Assembly: GCA_963815095.1 (NCBI GenBank)
Contig: CAWFFH010000006.1
Location: 147,289 to 211,288 of the forward strand
Direction of reading: 5' to 3'
DNA length: 64,000 nt
DNA from: Candidatus Bathyarchaeota archaeon
GTDB taxonomy: Archaea > Thermoproteota > Bathyarchaeia > Bathyarchaeales > Bathycorpusculaceae
Part shown: positions 1-10,461 of the stretch, one piece after another
Numbering within the stretch: position 1 is the first letter of the stretch
Layout of the letters: every line of letters begins with the position of its first letter
Made by a program: the position numbers and the translations under genes
Notes under the pieces: generated by a model
The model's input: the letters and a program-made list of their open reading frames with translations, nothing else
The model's database searches: none
What the model was told of the DNA's origin: nothing

Positions 1-594
1 CGGTCGAGAATAAATGTAATACAAAAGTAATGGAATGAGCACGAACGCAGCATATAACTTTGTTAAAAGAGCAGCGGCAAAAACCACTCCCGTGACTAAT
101 GCGAATTTTCCTGAGCCGTTGCGGATGGCCAAAATACCGACATAAAGGCAAATAATACTAAAGAAAAGGCATTGTGCATCAAGCAGGAAGCTTCGGGAAA
201 GTACAAGTTGCCATGGGTTTAAACCAAAAAGTGCGGCTGCAAAAAACCCAGCTGACTTGCCATACAATTCTTTGGCAATCAAGTAAATTGCAACGGTGGA
301 TGCGAGCCCAAAAAGAGTCATTAAGGCTGTGCCGGTGTTGGCTGACATCCCGAAAATTTTCAAGAATAATGCTTCAATGTAGAATCCAAGCGGTGGCTGG
401 TCTATTGCTGTGCCATAAGCTTTCACGTAAGGAATACCTGTTTTAACTACGTTTGATGCGGCTTCAAATTCTAATTGTGTGTCATAGCTCTGGTAGGGAC
501 CAATTGAGAAAGCGACTAATGCAACGCCCACTAGAATGATAAGAAGGGGGACGACTTCAATTACTAATTTTTTGATCCTAACTTTATTGAGCAA
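1..594 (-). CDS. Glycosyltransferase family 39 / PMT-like membrane glycosyltransferase, N-terminal part (runs off the window edge)
   Basis: Not in the ORF track. Manual translation from TTG at 594: MLNKVRIKKLVIEVVPLL...DQPPLGFYIEA...LYGKSAGFFAAALFGLNPWQLVLSRSFLLD...LLTKLYAAF. Multi-TM with the typical D-x-PP and 'P....SR...D' motifs. Confidence 0.75.
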   Translation of the reverse strand, partial: MLNKVRIKKLVIEVVPLLIILVGVALVAFSIGPYQSYDTQLEFEAASNVVKTGIPYVKAYGTAIDQPPLGFYIEALFLKIFGMSANTGTALMTLFGLASTVAIYLIAKELYGKSAGFFAAALFGLNPWQLVLSRSFLLDAQCLFFSIICLYVGILAIRNGSGKFALVTGVVFAAALLTKLYAAFVLIPLLLYYIYSRP

Positions 595-737
595 TTTACC
601 CCACTTTTCCAGCCATAAATACGCTAACTTTACTTGCTATCTCCTTGGAAGATAACATAAAATTTGCGCATTTCCCCAAGCGGCCACCAAGCAAGATTAA
701 AATAAGAACACTTCTCCCAACTATAGGGTGGTTAGCC

Positions 738-1778
738 ATGCCTTATAATGAACTCAGAAAAGATTACTTACTTAACCGATGGGTAGTAATTGCCACCGAA
801 CGCAGTCGCCGACCCATCGACTTCGCTAAACCCAAACCTGAAGCCGCCAAAACCGCAACATGCCCCATGTGTGTTGGCAACGAAAACATGACACCACCAG
901 CCTTAATGCTGTACCTCAAAGAAAACGGAACAGTAAAGAAAAGCCAAGATCCGTTAATAGGTGAGCGACCCAAAAACTGGATTGTTCGCGTAATCCCAAA
1001 CCTCTACCCAGCCTTCAGTCCACCTAAACAGCCTGAGGACGAAAAACAAATCACAAAAAACGATTATTTGTGGAATGCAATTGGTCATCACGAAGTTATT
1101 GTTGAATCTCCAAACCATGATGAAGACCTAGCCAACGCAGAGTTGCCCCAGTTGGAACTGGTCATAAACGCCTACGTTGAGCGGCTCAAAGAATTAAGCG
1201 CCAAACCGTATGTTAAGTACGTGTCGATTTTTCGCAATCATGGCTTGGAAGCTGGAGCATCTTTGTCTCATGCACACAGCCAAATCATTGCCTCTCCTAT
1301 AGTTCCGCCAATAATCCAAGAGGAACAGAAAGCCAGCAAAGAATTCTATGATGATTTTGGCAAATGTGTGTTCTGTGACATTATTGAGGGGGAATCAAAG
1401 GGTCCAAGGATGGTTTCTGAAGAGGGAGATTTTGTTGTTTTGGCCCCTTATGCAAGCATCAACCCGATGGAGTTCTGGATATTTCCCAAAAAGCATTCCC
1501 CAAACATCCTAAACTTAACTACCTCTGAGATTAGTGCGTTTGCGAAAACTCTCAAAGACAGCCTCAAAGCTCTAAAAGATCTCGTCAACGACCCCCCATA
1601 CAACTACGGCATCCACCTATCCCTAAGCCCCCAAAACCAAGACAGCTACCACTGGCACCTGGAAGTTTACCCTAAACTTGCAACTTGGGCAGGCTTTGAG
1701 AAAAGCACAGGATGCTACATCAATACAGTGACACCAGAAACCGCCGCCAACAGCTTAAGACTCACTATGAAACTTTAA
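738..1778 (+). CDS. galT: Galactose-1-phosphate uridylyltransferase (HIT-like GalT family)
   Basis: ELRKD...WVVIATERSRRP, CPMC, NLYPA and SLSHAHSQ (HxHxQ) motifs. Start moved to ATG 738, after the GGGTGG SD-like sequence. Confidence 0.88.
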   Translation: MPYNELRKDYLLNRWVVIATERSRRPIDFAKPKPEAAKTATCPMCVGNENMTPPALMLYLKENGTVKKSQDPLIGERPKNWIVRVIPNLYPAFSPPKQPEDEKQITKNDYLWNAIGHHEVIVESPNHDEDLANAELPQLELVINAYVERLKELSAKPYVKYVSIFRNHGLEAGASLSHAHSQIIASPIVPPIIQEEQKASKEFYDDFGKCVFCDIIEGESKGPRMVSEEGDFVVLAPYASINPMEFWIFPKKHSPNILNLTTSEISAFAKTLKDSLKALKDLVNDPPYNYGIHLSLSPQNQDSYHWHLEVYPKLATWAGFEKSTGCYINTVTPETAANSLRLTMKL

Positions 1779-3847
1779 ATTCCCAAAATTTCTTTTGAGT
1801 ATTTCGATTTAACCTGCAAGATATCTTCTACGTACGCTCTCAATGGTTCGGCTACGCTCCATGCTTGGGCTATACAACCACGGGGTTCATTCGGGGGGTC
1901 GCAATCGTAAATTTCGTTCATTGTTCCTAAGCCGCCCTGGTGGATTCCAGTAGTGAATAAGGGCAGAACTAAATTTTCTAATGTTTGCTGCCTTGCCTGT
2001 ATTGAGTAATCGTTGACTTTGAGGTATGCTGTCACGTAGGGACCTAAAAGCCAAGGCCAAATTGTGCCGTTATGATAAGCCATATCCCTGCTTCTACTGT
2101 CACCCATACATTTTCCAACAAACTTGGGGTCACTAACCGATAAAGTCTTCAATCCATAGGGCGTAACAAGCTCGCGGTTCACTACATCTATTACTTTTCG
2201 GCATTTTTCTCCCTCAAGAACAGGGTATTCGAGCGAGACAGCGAATATTTGGTTGGGACGAATAGATTCATCCGCTTTATCGTCAATAACGTCGAAGAGA
2301 CAGTTTTCTTTTGGGTTCCAGAATTTTTGGTTGAAGCTTTGGCGGGCTTGGTTTGCCATGGCACCATATTTTTCAGCCAAAGTTTGAACATCAAATTTGT
2401 TTGCGAAGAGTTCCATGGTTCGGAGGGTGTTGTACCATAATGATTGGATTTCTACGGCTTTTCCTGTTCTGGGAGTAATTACGTCGTTTCCTACTTTGGC
2501 ATCCATCCATGTGAGTCTTGGACCATGCATAAGTAAACCGTCATTGTCCACGTGGATGCCAAATAGGGTGCCTTTTTGGTGATTCTCAACTATATCCTGA
2601 AGTTTCTCCCACAACGCCTCTTTAACAAACTCAAAGTCGCCAGTGTATTTGACGTATTGAAGCACAGCATTAACATACCATAAAGTGGCATCAACCGTAT
2701 CATAAACTGGAATTCCTGACTTATCGGAAATAAAATTAGGAATCAACCCACTTTTGCAATACTGTATATAGGTTTGCAGAATGTCTTTGGCAGCATCGCA
2801 TTTTCCAGTTACCAGCATTAGCCCCGGAAGTGAAATGAAAGTGTCTCTACCCCAAGTCTCAAACCAGTGATATCCAGCGATTACTGCTTTTCCGCCAGCA
2901 CCATTTTCTACCATGAAAGAGTCGGCAGCGAGCAAAATCCAGTTTAGCCAATCACTCGTAGGAACGTCAGGTTGGTCGCGGTGAAAATTTGAGAGCAACT
3001 CTTCTTTTTGATTTAGCTCTTGGTTGAAAGAATTTTTTACTCCGCTAATTATTGTTCCAATCGAATTGGAAATCGCGTTGGCTTGTTGGGTTTCATGGCT
3101 TACGGCACATGTTATTGCAAATTCTTTCTCCATATTTGGGGGTATTTGGACTTCAAAGTATCCTGGTTGGAAACAATCATCTACGTTGGTTTCACCTCGC
3201 AGCGCCTCGTCGCGATAGTGAATGTGGTTTACCCAATTTACTGCTTCTTTGAATTCTCCGTCGGTTGAGCGGCAAATGATTGTGGCTTGTGGACGCTGAA
3301 AAACAACTTGGAACTGAGCACCCGCGCTATTTAAGGTAAAATTCAAAGGTATTTGTGATTGGTAGATTACGGTGTGGTAGTATCTGCATGTTAGAAGCGG
3401 ATAAAGTCGAGCCGTGGCGTCTGAATTGTTCTGGTTTGTTATCCTGTATTTTACTATGACAGCGTTCTTGTTTTTTTGCATAAAAATGGTTTTGTTAACC
3501 TGCACATTGCCCAAATCATAGTTGTAGTTGGGAAAGGGGTTTATTGAAAAATCCTTTATCAGTTTGTAACCTTCAGGATAAATAACGTCGTGGAACTCGT
3601 TAGCGCCTAAACGAAAAACGCCATCGCCCACCAACATATCTTCGTCGAGTTTTGAGAGGCAAACCGTTCGGTTTCCCGGCGGATCCAACGCAGCAACAAG
3701 CAACCCATGATACTTTCGTGTATTAATCCCGGGAACGCTTGAGGACGCGTAACTGCCCAAACCATTGGTTATCAGCCACTCCTTCTCAAGAAGATTGCTA
3801 AAACGAGAGAAGGCTTCTTTTTGAAAAGTTATGGCGGGCAAATTCAT
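1775..3847 (-). CDS. Glycogen debranching enzyme (amylo-alpha-1,6-glucosidase), archaeal type
   Basis: EWLITNGLGSYAS, TRKYHGLL, IAGYHWF-WGRDTFISLPGL, LTWMDA, YHNGTIWPWL and GCIAQAWSVAE motifs. Confidence 0.92.
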   Translation of the reverse strand: MNLPAITFQKEAFSRFSNLLEKEWLITNGLGSYASSSVPGINTRKYHGLLVAALDPPGNRTVCLSKLDEDMLVGDGVFRLGANEFHDVIYPEGYKLIKDFSINPFPNYNYDLGNVQVNKTIFMQKNKNAVIVKYRITNQNNSDATARLYPLLTCRYYHTVIYQSQIPLNFTLNSAGAQFQVVFQRPQATIICRSTDGEFKEAVNWVNHIHYRDEALRGETNVDDCFQPGYFEVQIPPNMEKEFAITCAVSHETQQANAISNSIGTIISGVKNSFNQELNQKEELLSNFHRDQPDVPTSDWLNWILLAADSFMVENGAGGKAVIAGYHWFETWGRDTFISLPGLMLVTGKCDAAKDILQTYIQYCKSGLIPNFISDKSGIPVYDTVDATLWYVNAVLQYVKYTGDFEFVKEALWEKLQDIVENHQKGTLFGIHVDNDGLLMHGPRLTWMDAKVGNDVITPRTGKAVEIQSLWYNTLRTMELFANKFDVQTLAEKYGAMANQARQSFNQKFWNPKENCLFDVIDDKADESIRPNQIFAVSLEYPVLEGEKCRKVIDVVNRELVTPYGLKTLSVSDPKFVGKCMGDSRSRDMAYHNGTIWPWLLGPYVTAYLKVNDYSIQARQQTLENLVLPLFTTGIHQGGLGTMNEIYDCDPPNEPRGCIAQAWSVAEPLRAYVEDILQVKSKYSKEILGI

Positions 3848-4728
3848 TACGGCATCAGCTTTGCTATGTTCTTATCGCGTGGAACACAGAAATAGTTTGC
3901 GACGGGCACACATTTGGTGCGGAACATTAGCAAATGGGGCTTGGTTAGTTTGTATTCGGTAAGCGTTTCAGCGTATCCCATACCTTTGGCGAAGACGAGT
4001 TCTGCGTCATCGTAGACTTTTAGAAATTCAGCGGAGGCTTCCTTTTTCTGTAACCCCACCGCGTCACAGCCTGTAGTTATTACTTCGTCTGCAAGCTTGT
4101 CGATGTTCGAAATCTCAACATCTTCCATGGTAGCATCGTTAATTACAGGTGCACCTTTAACGACATAGGTGACTTTTAACCCCATGTTTTTGAGTTGCTC
4201 AACCAACAGCGAATCAAAAACGATTTCTCCGGCGTTATCCGCCAAAAATAGAACACTATTCGCTTTCTTGGCTAACTCATAAGCCTTGTCAATATCATCA
4301 ATAGCCAAGTCTTTGGCAGCTTCTCTAATGGCGCCCGCCATATTTTTCAAAGTAAACTTGTGCCCAGGAATATCAAACTCCATAATGTTCCCCACAATGG
4401 CACATAAGCAGGCTTTTTTGAATCGTTCCTGTTGATTAATTCCTGATTCGACATATTTTTTTGCGTGAGGACGCATTTTGAGTGCTTTTTCGTTGGCGAG
4501 TTTTTTATTATATTTGTAAGGGTCGCTGTTGCTTGTTAATTGGCGTATTATGCGGTCTCTCTTTGTCCCAATATCTGCTGCTACCGATGTAGACTTGAAC
4601 TCTCGGTTGAGTAGTTTAACGATTTCAGCTAAGCATCTAAAACGCAATGCAGGGTTAGTTGTGGCTTGGTAAGTTTGTACTTGTGACCGTGAAAGCAGGC
4701 ACGATTCACATTCAGGTTCAACCTTCAA
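3847..4728 (-). CDS. DUF89/ARMT1-like damage-control metal-dependent phosphatase
   Basis: N-terminal ECESC, DPY, GN, LADNAGEIVFD, NDAT and KGMG motifs. Confidence 0.85.
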   Translation of the reverse strand: MKVEPECESCLLSRSQVQTYQATTNPALRFRCLAEIVKLLNREFKSTSVAADIGTKRDRIIRQLTSNSDPYKYNKKLANEKALKMRPHAKKYVESGINQQERFKKACLCAIVGNIMEFDIPGHKFTLKNMAGAIREAAKDLAIDDIDKAYELAKKANSVLFLADNAGEIVFDSLLVEQLKNMGLKVTYVVKGAPVINDATMEDVEISNIDKLADEVITTGCDAVGLQKKEASAEFLKVYDDAELVFAKGMGYAETLTEYKLTKPHLLMFRTKCVPVANYFCVPRDKNIAKLMP

Positions 4729-4742
4729 GGATTTTCACGTGC

Positions 4743-5459
<717 letters not shown>

Positions 5460-5500
5460 TTAATAATTGTTTGCCTTTCAAAAAAGAATTGGCAGGTGGA

Positions 5501-7195
5501 CTAAGAGGCTTTTTTGGCGACAGGTTTCACGTGTAGGGCAGCTTTTTTGGCTGCTTGTTCAGTTAACATACCAATTAACTGACCATTCTTTACCATGGCT
5601 GCTCGCTTGAAATCTTTTTCACCCATAATTTTCATGGCAGTAATCATTGACTCGTTACCTTCCAAAATGATGAGAGGCGTGTAATCGATGTCTTTTGCAA
5701 GAGTCTTCAGCGGGTCTTTCCGTGCATCAACAATTTCTCTTAGTAGTTCTCGGTCGTTAATTACGCCGATGGGTTTGTGGTTTTCAGTAATCAAAACTGA
5801 AGTAACATTATTCTGCAGCATCTTACCCACGGTCTTAGCCACACTCTCAGTTGTTGCAATTTCCACTGTTGGAAGCTTTGTACCTGCTTGACTGCTAATT
5901 TCAGTTATGTCAATGCCGCGTTTCCAGATATCATCTAGCATTTCGCTGACCCTTTCAATTTGGCTGGGGTCGCTGGAGTAGAAGGTGTCAGCTAAGTAGA
6001 AGGCAGATTCGGTGCCTAAATCGCTTAGAGGTGGCATCTTGAACATAAACAGGTGTTTATCGTCAACCAACATCATTGTTAGGTAGCTGATTGGGACGTG
6101 TTTGACTTCGTAGTCCTTTGCTAGTTTCTGTGCGGGTTCGAGGTTGTCTAAGTCGATGGATGCCATTATGCGGGTGTTTAAGCCTTTTTTAAAGTATTTT
6201 ATGATGGGGTCGCCTTCGGCTAGTCGGTTAATGCCCTGTGAAGAAGTAATTACAATGATGTCTTTTTTGGCTGAATCAAGAATCTTGGAAATTTTGTTCC
6301 ATGCTTCCTCGACGCCTTTTATGACGAGGGTTTCGCCAATGGGGATTCCGCTCTTAAGTTCCTCGATTCGTCTTGAAGCGTCAACTCCGCTCTGCCACAT
6401 CTGCACAAAAAACGCTTTCAAAACGGAAATGAACATTTTGTCGTTTATCCATAAACCTTCATCCTCCAAGTTTAGAACTGACGCTTCGTTTCCGAAGGGC
6501 GCGTAGAGGATGGCTTCTTCTTCGTCTTTGATAAGGAAGCGGGGGAAAAACTTTGAGCTCATGTTAACGTGGCGAAGTTTAATGTTAAGTTTATCTTCAG
6601 CAATTTCTCGATCGATTCTCTCTACAACTTTGAGGTTCTCTGAGGCAATCTCCGTTATAATTTGAGTCTGCACTTTACTATCTTCAGGTGGACTAAGGAC
6701 CGCATCGAAGATTCCTGCAACGTCTTCTTGAATTAATCCCAGAGCAGTCGTTAAAACGATAACTTCAGATTTTGATTCCTCAATCATGTTGATCATTTTT
6801 GAGTGAATCTTTTTCTTGCCTGTGATGATTGAGAATTTAGCAACAGGATATTCTGATTCGGGTGCGCTAATTGATCCCCATGCTGTTAAAAGGCTTTGTT
6901 TCTGGTCGTTGAGGGTAACAACCTCAGTTTTTTTGGTGTTAATGAAATTATCAACTAAGTTTTCAAAGGGAACAATTGTGAACCGGGTTGGACGCTCAAG
7001 GGTTGCTTCGATAAAACCTTTTTCTTGCAGTTTCTTGAAGGTGCGGTAAGCTTGGACCCGTTCCATCTTTAGGCGTTTAGCTACGAAGCTGGTTGATTGG
7101 ACGCCGCTTTTGGCAAGGAACATGTAAACTTGAATTTCTCTTTTTGATAAAAGTAACAGTTGCAAAAATTTAGTTACGTCTTTTTCACTCATCAA
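5501..7195 (-). CDS. TrmB-family transcriptional regulator with two tandem PLD-like effector domains and a C-terminal CBS pair
   Basis: N-terminal TrmB HTH (LSKREIQVY...AYRTFKKLQEKGFIE...P), two repeats ending F..MW/L..IW, and CBS motifs (PIGVINDRELL, LIGMLTE). Confidence 0.8.
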   Translation of the reverse strand: MMSEKDVTKFLQLLLLSKREIQVYMFLAKSGVQSTSFVAKRLKMERVQAYRTFKKLQEKGFIEATLERPTRFTIVPFENLVDNFINTKKTEVVTLNDQKQSLLTAWGSISAPESEYPVAKFSIITGKKKIHSKMINMIEESKSEVIVLTTALGLIQEDVAGIFDAVLSPPEDSKVQTQIITEIASENLKVVERIDREIAEDKLNIKLRHVNMSSKFFPRFLIKDEEEAILYAPFGNEASVLNLEDEGLWINDKMFISVLKAFFVQMWQSGVDASRRIEELKSGIPIGETLVIKGVEEAWNKISKILDSAKKDIIVITSSQGINRLAEGDPIIKYFKKGLNTRIMASIDLDNLEPAQKLAKDYEVKHVPISYLTMMLVDDKHLFMFKMPPLSDLGTESAFYLADTFYSSDPSQIERVSEMLDDIWKRGIDITEISSQAGTKLPTVEIATTESVAKTVGKMLQNNVTSVLITENHKPIGVINDRELLREIVDARKDPLKTLAKDIDYTPLIILEGNESMITAMKIMGEKDFKRAAMVKNGQLIGMLTEQAAKKAALHVKPVAKKAS

Positions 7196-7291
7196 GTTAC
7201 CGCCATATAAAACCCGTGTTTACTAGTACGGATGGTAGACCATATTTATAAATTGCATCTTTTTGGACACTACAAAACACAATGTTTAACA

Positions 7292-7954
7292 CTAAATTAG
7301 CTTCGTCTGTAAGGTTCCATGTTCACTTTTGGCTTTCTGCGCAGGCTTCCACGCTTTTCTGACAAAGCTTGGGTAATCTCCGTTCGTATCTAAAAGCCAT
7401 TTTAAGAAAACCATAGTTTTGTCATCAGTTAAGTATCCGCTACCAAAATCGCCATATTTCTTTCTTAATTTTTCAATCTCAGCATCCCGCTGTACTTTAG
7501 CAATTATTGAAGCTGCTGAAACTATAGGGTAAGTTCTGTCAGCTTTGTGTTCTGAAACAATTTTGGGTTTGAACCTCAGCAATTCAGCTATGTGGTTTCC
7601 GAACCGATGTTCCAACACATCTGCCGCATCAACGTAAGCTTCGTCAGGTCTTAAAACCTCAATGATTTTTGCCATAGTTTGGGCTTCAAGGCGGTTCAGT
7701 TTGTGGAGTGTTCTGCTGCTGCGAACTACTTTGTCAATTTGGGCAGGTGGAACCTTTATTATATGGTGTTTTTCGGTTAATTTAATTATTTCTGGGAATA
7801 GAGATTCCCTTTTTTTAGCGGTTAGAAGTTTGGAGTCTTTAACTCCCAAATCGATAAGTGACTGCAGATTCTCGGTTCTCACTGCAACGCCAGCAACAAC
7901 TAACGGACCGATAACGCATCCACGCCCAGCTTCGTCAACTCCAGCAACTAACAT
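7292..7954 (-). CDS. rnhB: Ribonuclease HII
   Basis: GVDEAGRG, DSK, VDAAD, HKAD, VSAASIIAK and GSGY motifs. Start at ATG 7954. Confidence 0.95.
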   Translation of the reverse strand: MLVAGVDEAGRGCVIGPLVVAGVAVRTENLQSLIDLGVKDSKLLTAKKRESLFPEIIKLTEKHHIIKVPPAQIDKVVRSSRTLHKLNRLEAQTMAKIIEVLRPDEAYVDAADVLEHRFGNHIAELLRFKPKIVSEHKADRTYPIVSAASIIAKVQRDAEIEKLRKKYGDFGSGYLTDDKTMVFLKWLLDTNGDYPSFVRKAWKPAQKAKSEHGTLQTKLI

Positions 7955-8066
7955 CAAAGGTTCTTTCCCTAAACTATGAATGGGTTTGGTTCCTAGGCTA
8001 TAACGCTTTTCCAAAAACAACAATTTCAAAGAAAACAAAAACTAGCGCAGATCAATTTAACCTCAA

Positions 8067-8765
8067 TCAAATTCGCTGTGCAACAATCATTGCGTGTGCT
8101 TTGTCGTATGGTTCTAGATCCACGATTTCTTTTACGTCAAAACCCCTGTTTCTTAGTATGGCTGCTTCTTGGCGATAGACTGCATTGGGGTCCATTGTAA
8201 CGTCGATGCTTTGGGATTTGCATGCAAGCATAACCCAGCCTTGTGGTTTGAGGAAAACGTCTGCGTTGTCTGCGAGGAGTTTGGCTTGTTCGGGTTGTGC
8301 GACATCGCAGTAGATCGTGTCGACTTTGCCTGAGATGAACATGGCGTACCGCTCGGGCAGGCGTGCATCTTCGAGCATAGGTGAAATGTTGTTTCGGTAA
8401 GCCGCGACATTGTTAACTAAATCTCGAAGAGAGCGCTGCGCAAATTCTACGCAGTAAACGTGTCCGGTGTCACCGACTATGTCTGAGACATGGCTAGGTG
8501 TGGTTCCAGAGGCTGCACCCAAATAAAGAATTTTGAACCCAGGTTCGACAGGTACGTTTTGGACGCCTTTTATGATGGCTCCTGCAAGTTTACTGCGGAA
8601 CGCATCCCAAACTCGGTACTCAACATATTTGAATTTGAAAAGCCGTTCGCCATAAACCCGAAGCCCAGGGGTCAAGTTTTTTGTGGCTAACCGCTGATGA
8701 CCGTCTTCCAGCATTACTTGGTAGATTTCTTCGAATTTAGGGTGTGGTTTAACTTTGAGGTGCAC
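8067..8765 (-). CDS. flpA: Fibrillarin-like rRNA/tRNA 2'-O-methyltransferase
   Basis: VYGE, YRVWDAFRSKLA, LYLGAASGTTPSH, DVAQPEQ and LEPYDKAH motifs. Likely start is GTG 8765, overlapping the nop5 stop. Confidence 0.93.
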   Translation of the reverse strand: MHLKVKPHPKFEEIYQVMLEDGHQRLATKNLTPGLRVYGERLFKFKYVEYRVWDAFRSKLAGAIIKGVQNVPVEPGFKILYLGAASGTTPSHVSDIVGDTGHVYCVEFAQRSLRDLVNNVAAYRNNISPMLEDARLPERYAMFISGKVDTIYCDVAQPEQAKLLADNADVFLKPQGWVMLACKSQSIDVTMDPNAVYRQEAAILRNRGFDVKEIVDLEPYDKAHAMIVAQRI

Positions 8766-10182
8766 GTCGTTCTGGTCCCCGGTTTTGACCGCCACCGCTA
8801 CCGCTTCCGCCGCGTCGGTCACCTCTATCGCCGCCACCGTAACTGAAGTTGCGTCCTCCGCCTCCACCGCCGCCTCCGCGATGTGGTGGTCTTGGACCTC
8901 TATCGCCGCCACCAAAGTTTTTGCCACCGCCCCTGAATCCGCCTCGGTCATCTCTTCGTGGAGGTCGTTGTTCTCTTCGTTCAAATCCCGCTGCTCCTTC
9001 GGGACGTGGTTTAACTTCTTTTGGCGCTGGGGGTTCTTTGTATTTTACGTGGATTTCTTCTATGCGTTTGTTAATGTCCTCTTTTAATTTGTCTCCGATA
9101 TAGTGTCCTGCTCCGAAAGCGTCAGCTCGAGCTGCAATGGCGAGTTTGCCTGCAATGACCCGGGCGATTTTTCCGCGTTGCCACCTTTTGGCGTCATGAA
9201 GCAGGGTGTGTTGGAAAATTAATCCATGTTTTGGTGGTCGTGCTCCTGTTTTTAGGCTGCGGAAGAGGGCTTTTTCTGCACCTATAACTTGTATAGTGCT
9301 TGCTGGTCTCATGGCTAAGTTTTGTAGACTTCCTGCCATGGCAATCAAACGTGCCCCCAAAAGGGATCCAGCAACAGCGCGTACGTTTGGCGCGAGTTCC
9401 TCCATAGTGTGGTCAACGTAATCTTCCATGTTCTTGCGCAACAAATAGAAATCCAAAACGTTCTTGGCTAAGTCTTGCACCATTTCCAGGTCGGCTTCTG
9501 CCACATCTGCGCCCATAGATGATTCAGCTGCTTTCGCCATAAGCTGGGTTCGTTCTTTTGGAATGTTCTCTTTTTCCAAATTGTCAATAGTAAAGTTTTC
9601 CCTATCACCCAAGTTCACAACAAGCCTGGAGTACGTTTCGTGTTTTTCGACCAGACGATCAAGCTCTGGGAAGTACACGCCATACCATTCGCGGAGTCTG
9701 CCCATAAAGAGGTTAACGGTTTGATCTAAACTATCGAGTGTTTGGATGCCTTGAGCAACTATTAAGTCACGTTTTCCAGTGGCACCTTTAATCCGTAACT
9801 TTGCAAGTTCCAAACTGACACTGCGGTTCCAAACGCTAAGTTCCTGTTCGTCCTTCGCAAAGCCTACCTCAATCGCTAATTCACCCATCCGCGAATGAAG
9901 CACGGCGGTTTCCGCGGGCTTTGCAACTTCAACTTTGACTTTCATTTTCTTTTGGGCTTCTTCTGCCAACTTGCCGGATTCAAAAACAAAAGTATCGTAA
10001 CCTACGCTTGCGAGAAGTGATATTAAGGATGAGACTTGATCGGATAATTTTCCAGACTCAGTTTTTAGCATGCTTTTTGCTGCTGCCACCGCATTTTTTG
10101 GAAACAGTGCTTTTTCTACTAAGCCGTTGTTTTCGTCGAAGGCTGCAACGCCGAAGGGAAATTGAATGATGACTATTTTCAT
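8749..10182 (-). CDS. nop5: Nop5 (Nop56/Nop58) C/D box sRNP protein with a C-terminal Gly/Arg-rich tail
   Basis: REWYG-FPEL, APN, LGARLI, PASTIQVIGAEKALF, PPKHG and RGKIAR motifs, followed by an RGG-rich tail. Confidence 0.93.
   Translation of the reverse strand: MKIVIIQFPFGVAAFDENNGLVEKALFPKNAVAAAKSMLKTESGKLSDQVSSLISLLASVGYDTFVFESGKLAEEAQKKMKVKVEVAKPAETAVLHSRMGELAIEVGFAKDEQELSVWNRSVSLELAKLRIKGATGKRDLIVAQGIQTLDSLDQTVNLFMGRLREWYGVYFPELDRLVEKHETYSRLVVNLGDRENFTIDNLEKENIPKERTQLMAKAAESSMGADVAEADLEMVQDLAKNVLDFYLLRKNMEDYVDHTMEELAPNVRAVAGSLLGARLIAMAGSLQNLAMRPASTIQVIGAEKALFRSLKTGARPPKHGLIFQHTLLHDAKRWQRGKIARVIAGKLAIAARADAFGAGHYIGDKLKEDINKRIEEIHVKYKEPPAPKEVKPRPEGAAGFERREQRPPRRDDRGGFRGGGKNFGGGDRGPRPPHRGGGGGGGGRNFSYGGGDRGDRRGGSGSGGGQNRGPERRAPQS
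8821..8913. repeat. 18-bp direct repeat ACCTCTATCGCCGCCACC (8821-8838 and 8896-8913), encoding GGGDRG twice in the Nop5 tail
   Basis: Exact match read from the sequence. Confidence 0.85.
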
Positions 10183-10461
10183 GTTATTTGGCCCCGATAA
10201 ACTATGCATTGTAACTGCATTGTCTTTATAAATAGTTTCGTTGCCCGCAATCCAAAAGAACCGTTTTTTTTAATTTATATGCCTTGAGATGCCAGAAAAC
10301 TATGGTTTGTTCTGGTTTTATTTTTGTTTTTTAGGAGGTTTGCTTATATTTTTCAAAAAAGTTAATACACAGCCTATAAATTAGTTGAAAACAAGGAAGG
10401 AAATCAAATCGAAGCTTCCAAAACAAATTCAAAAATTACTAAATTAAAGAGCGGTAAAATA

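Noticed and set aside
8766-8984. Ala/Glu-rich N-terminal extension of fibrillarin in the ORF track
   Set aside because: It is the +1 reading of the Gly/Arg codons of nop5; fibrillarin similarity starts only near 8765
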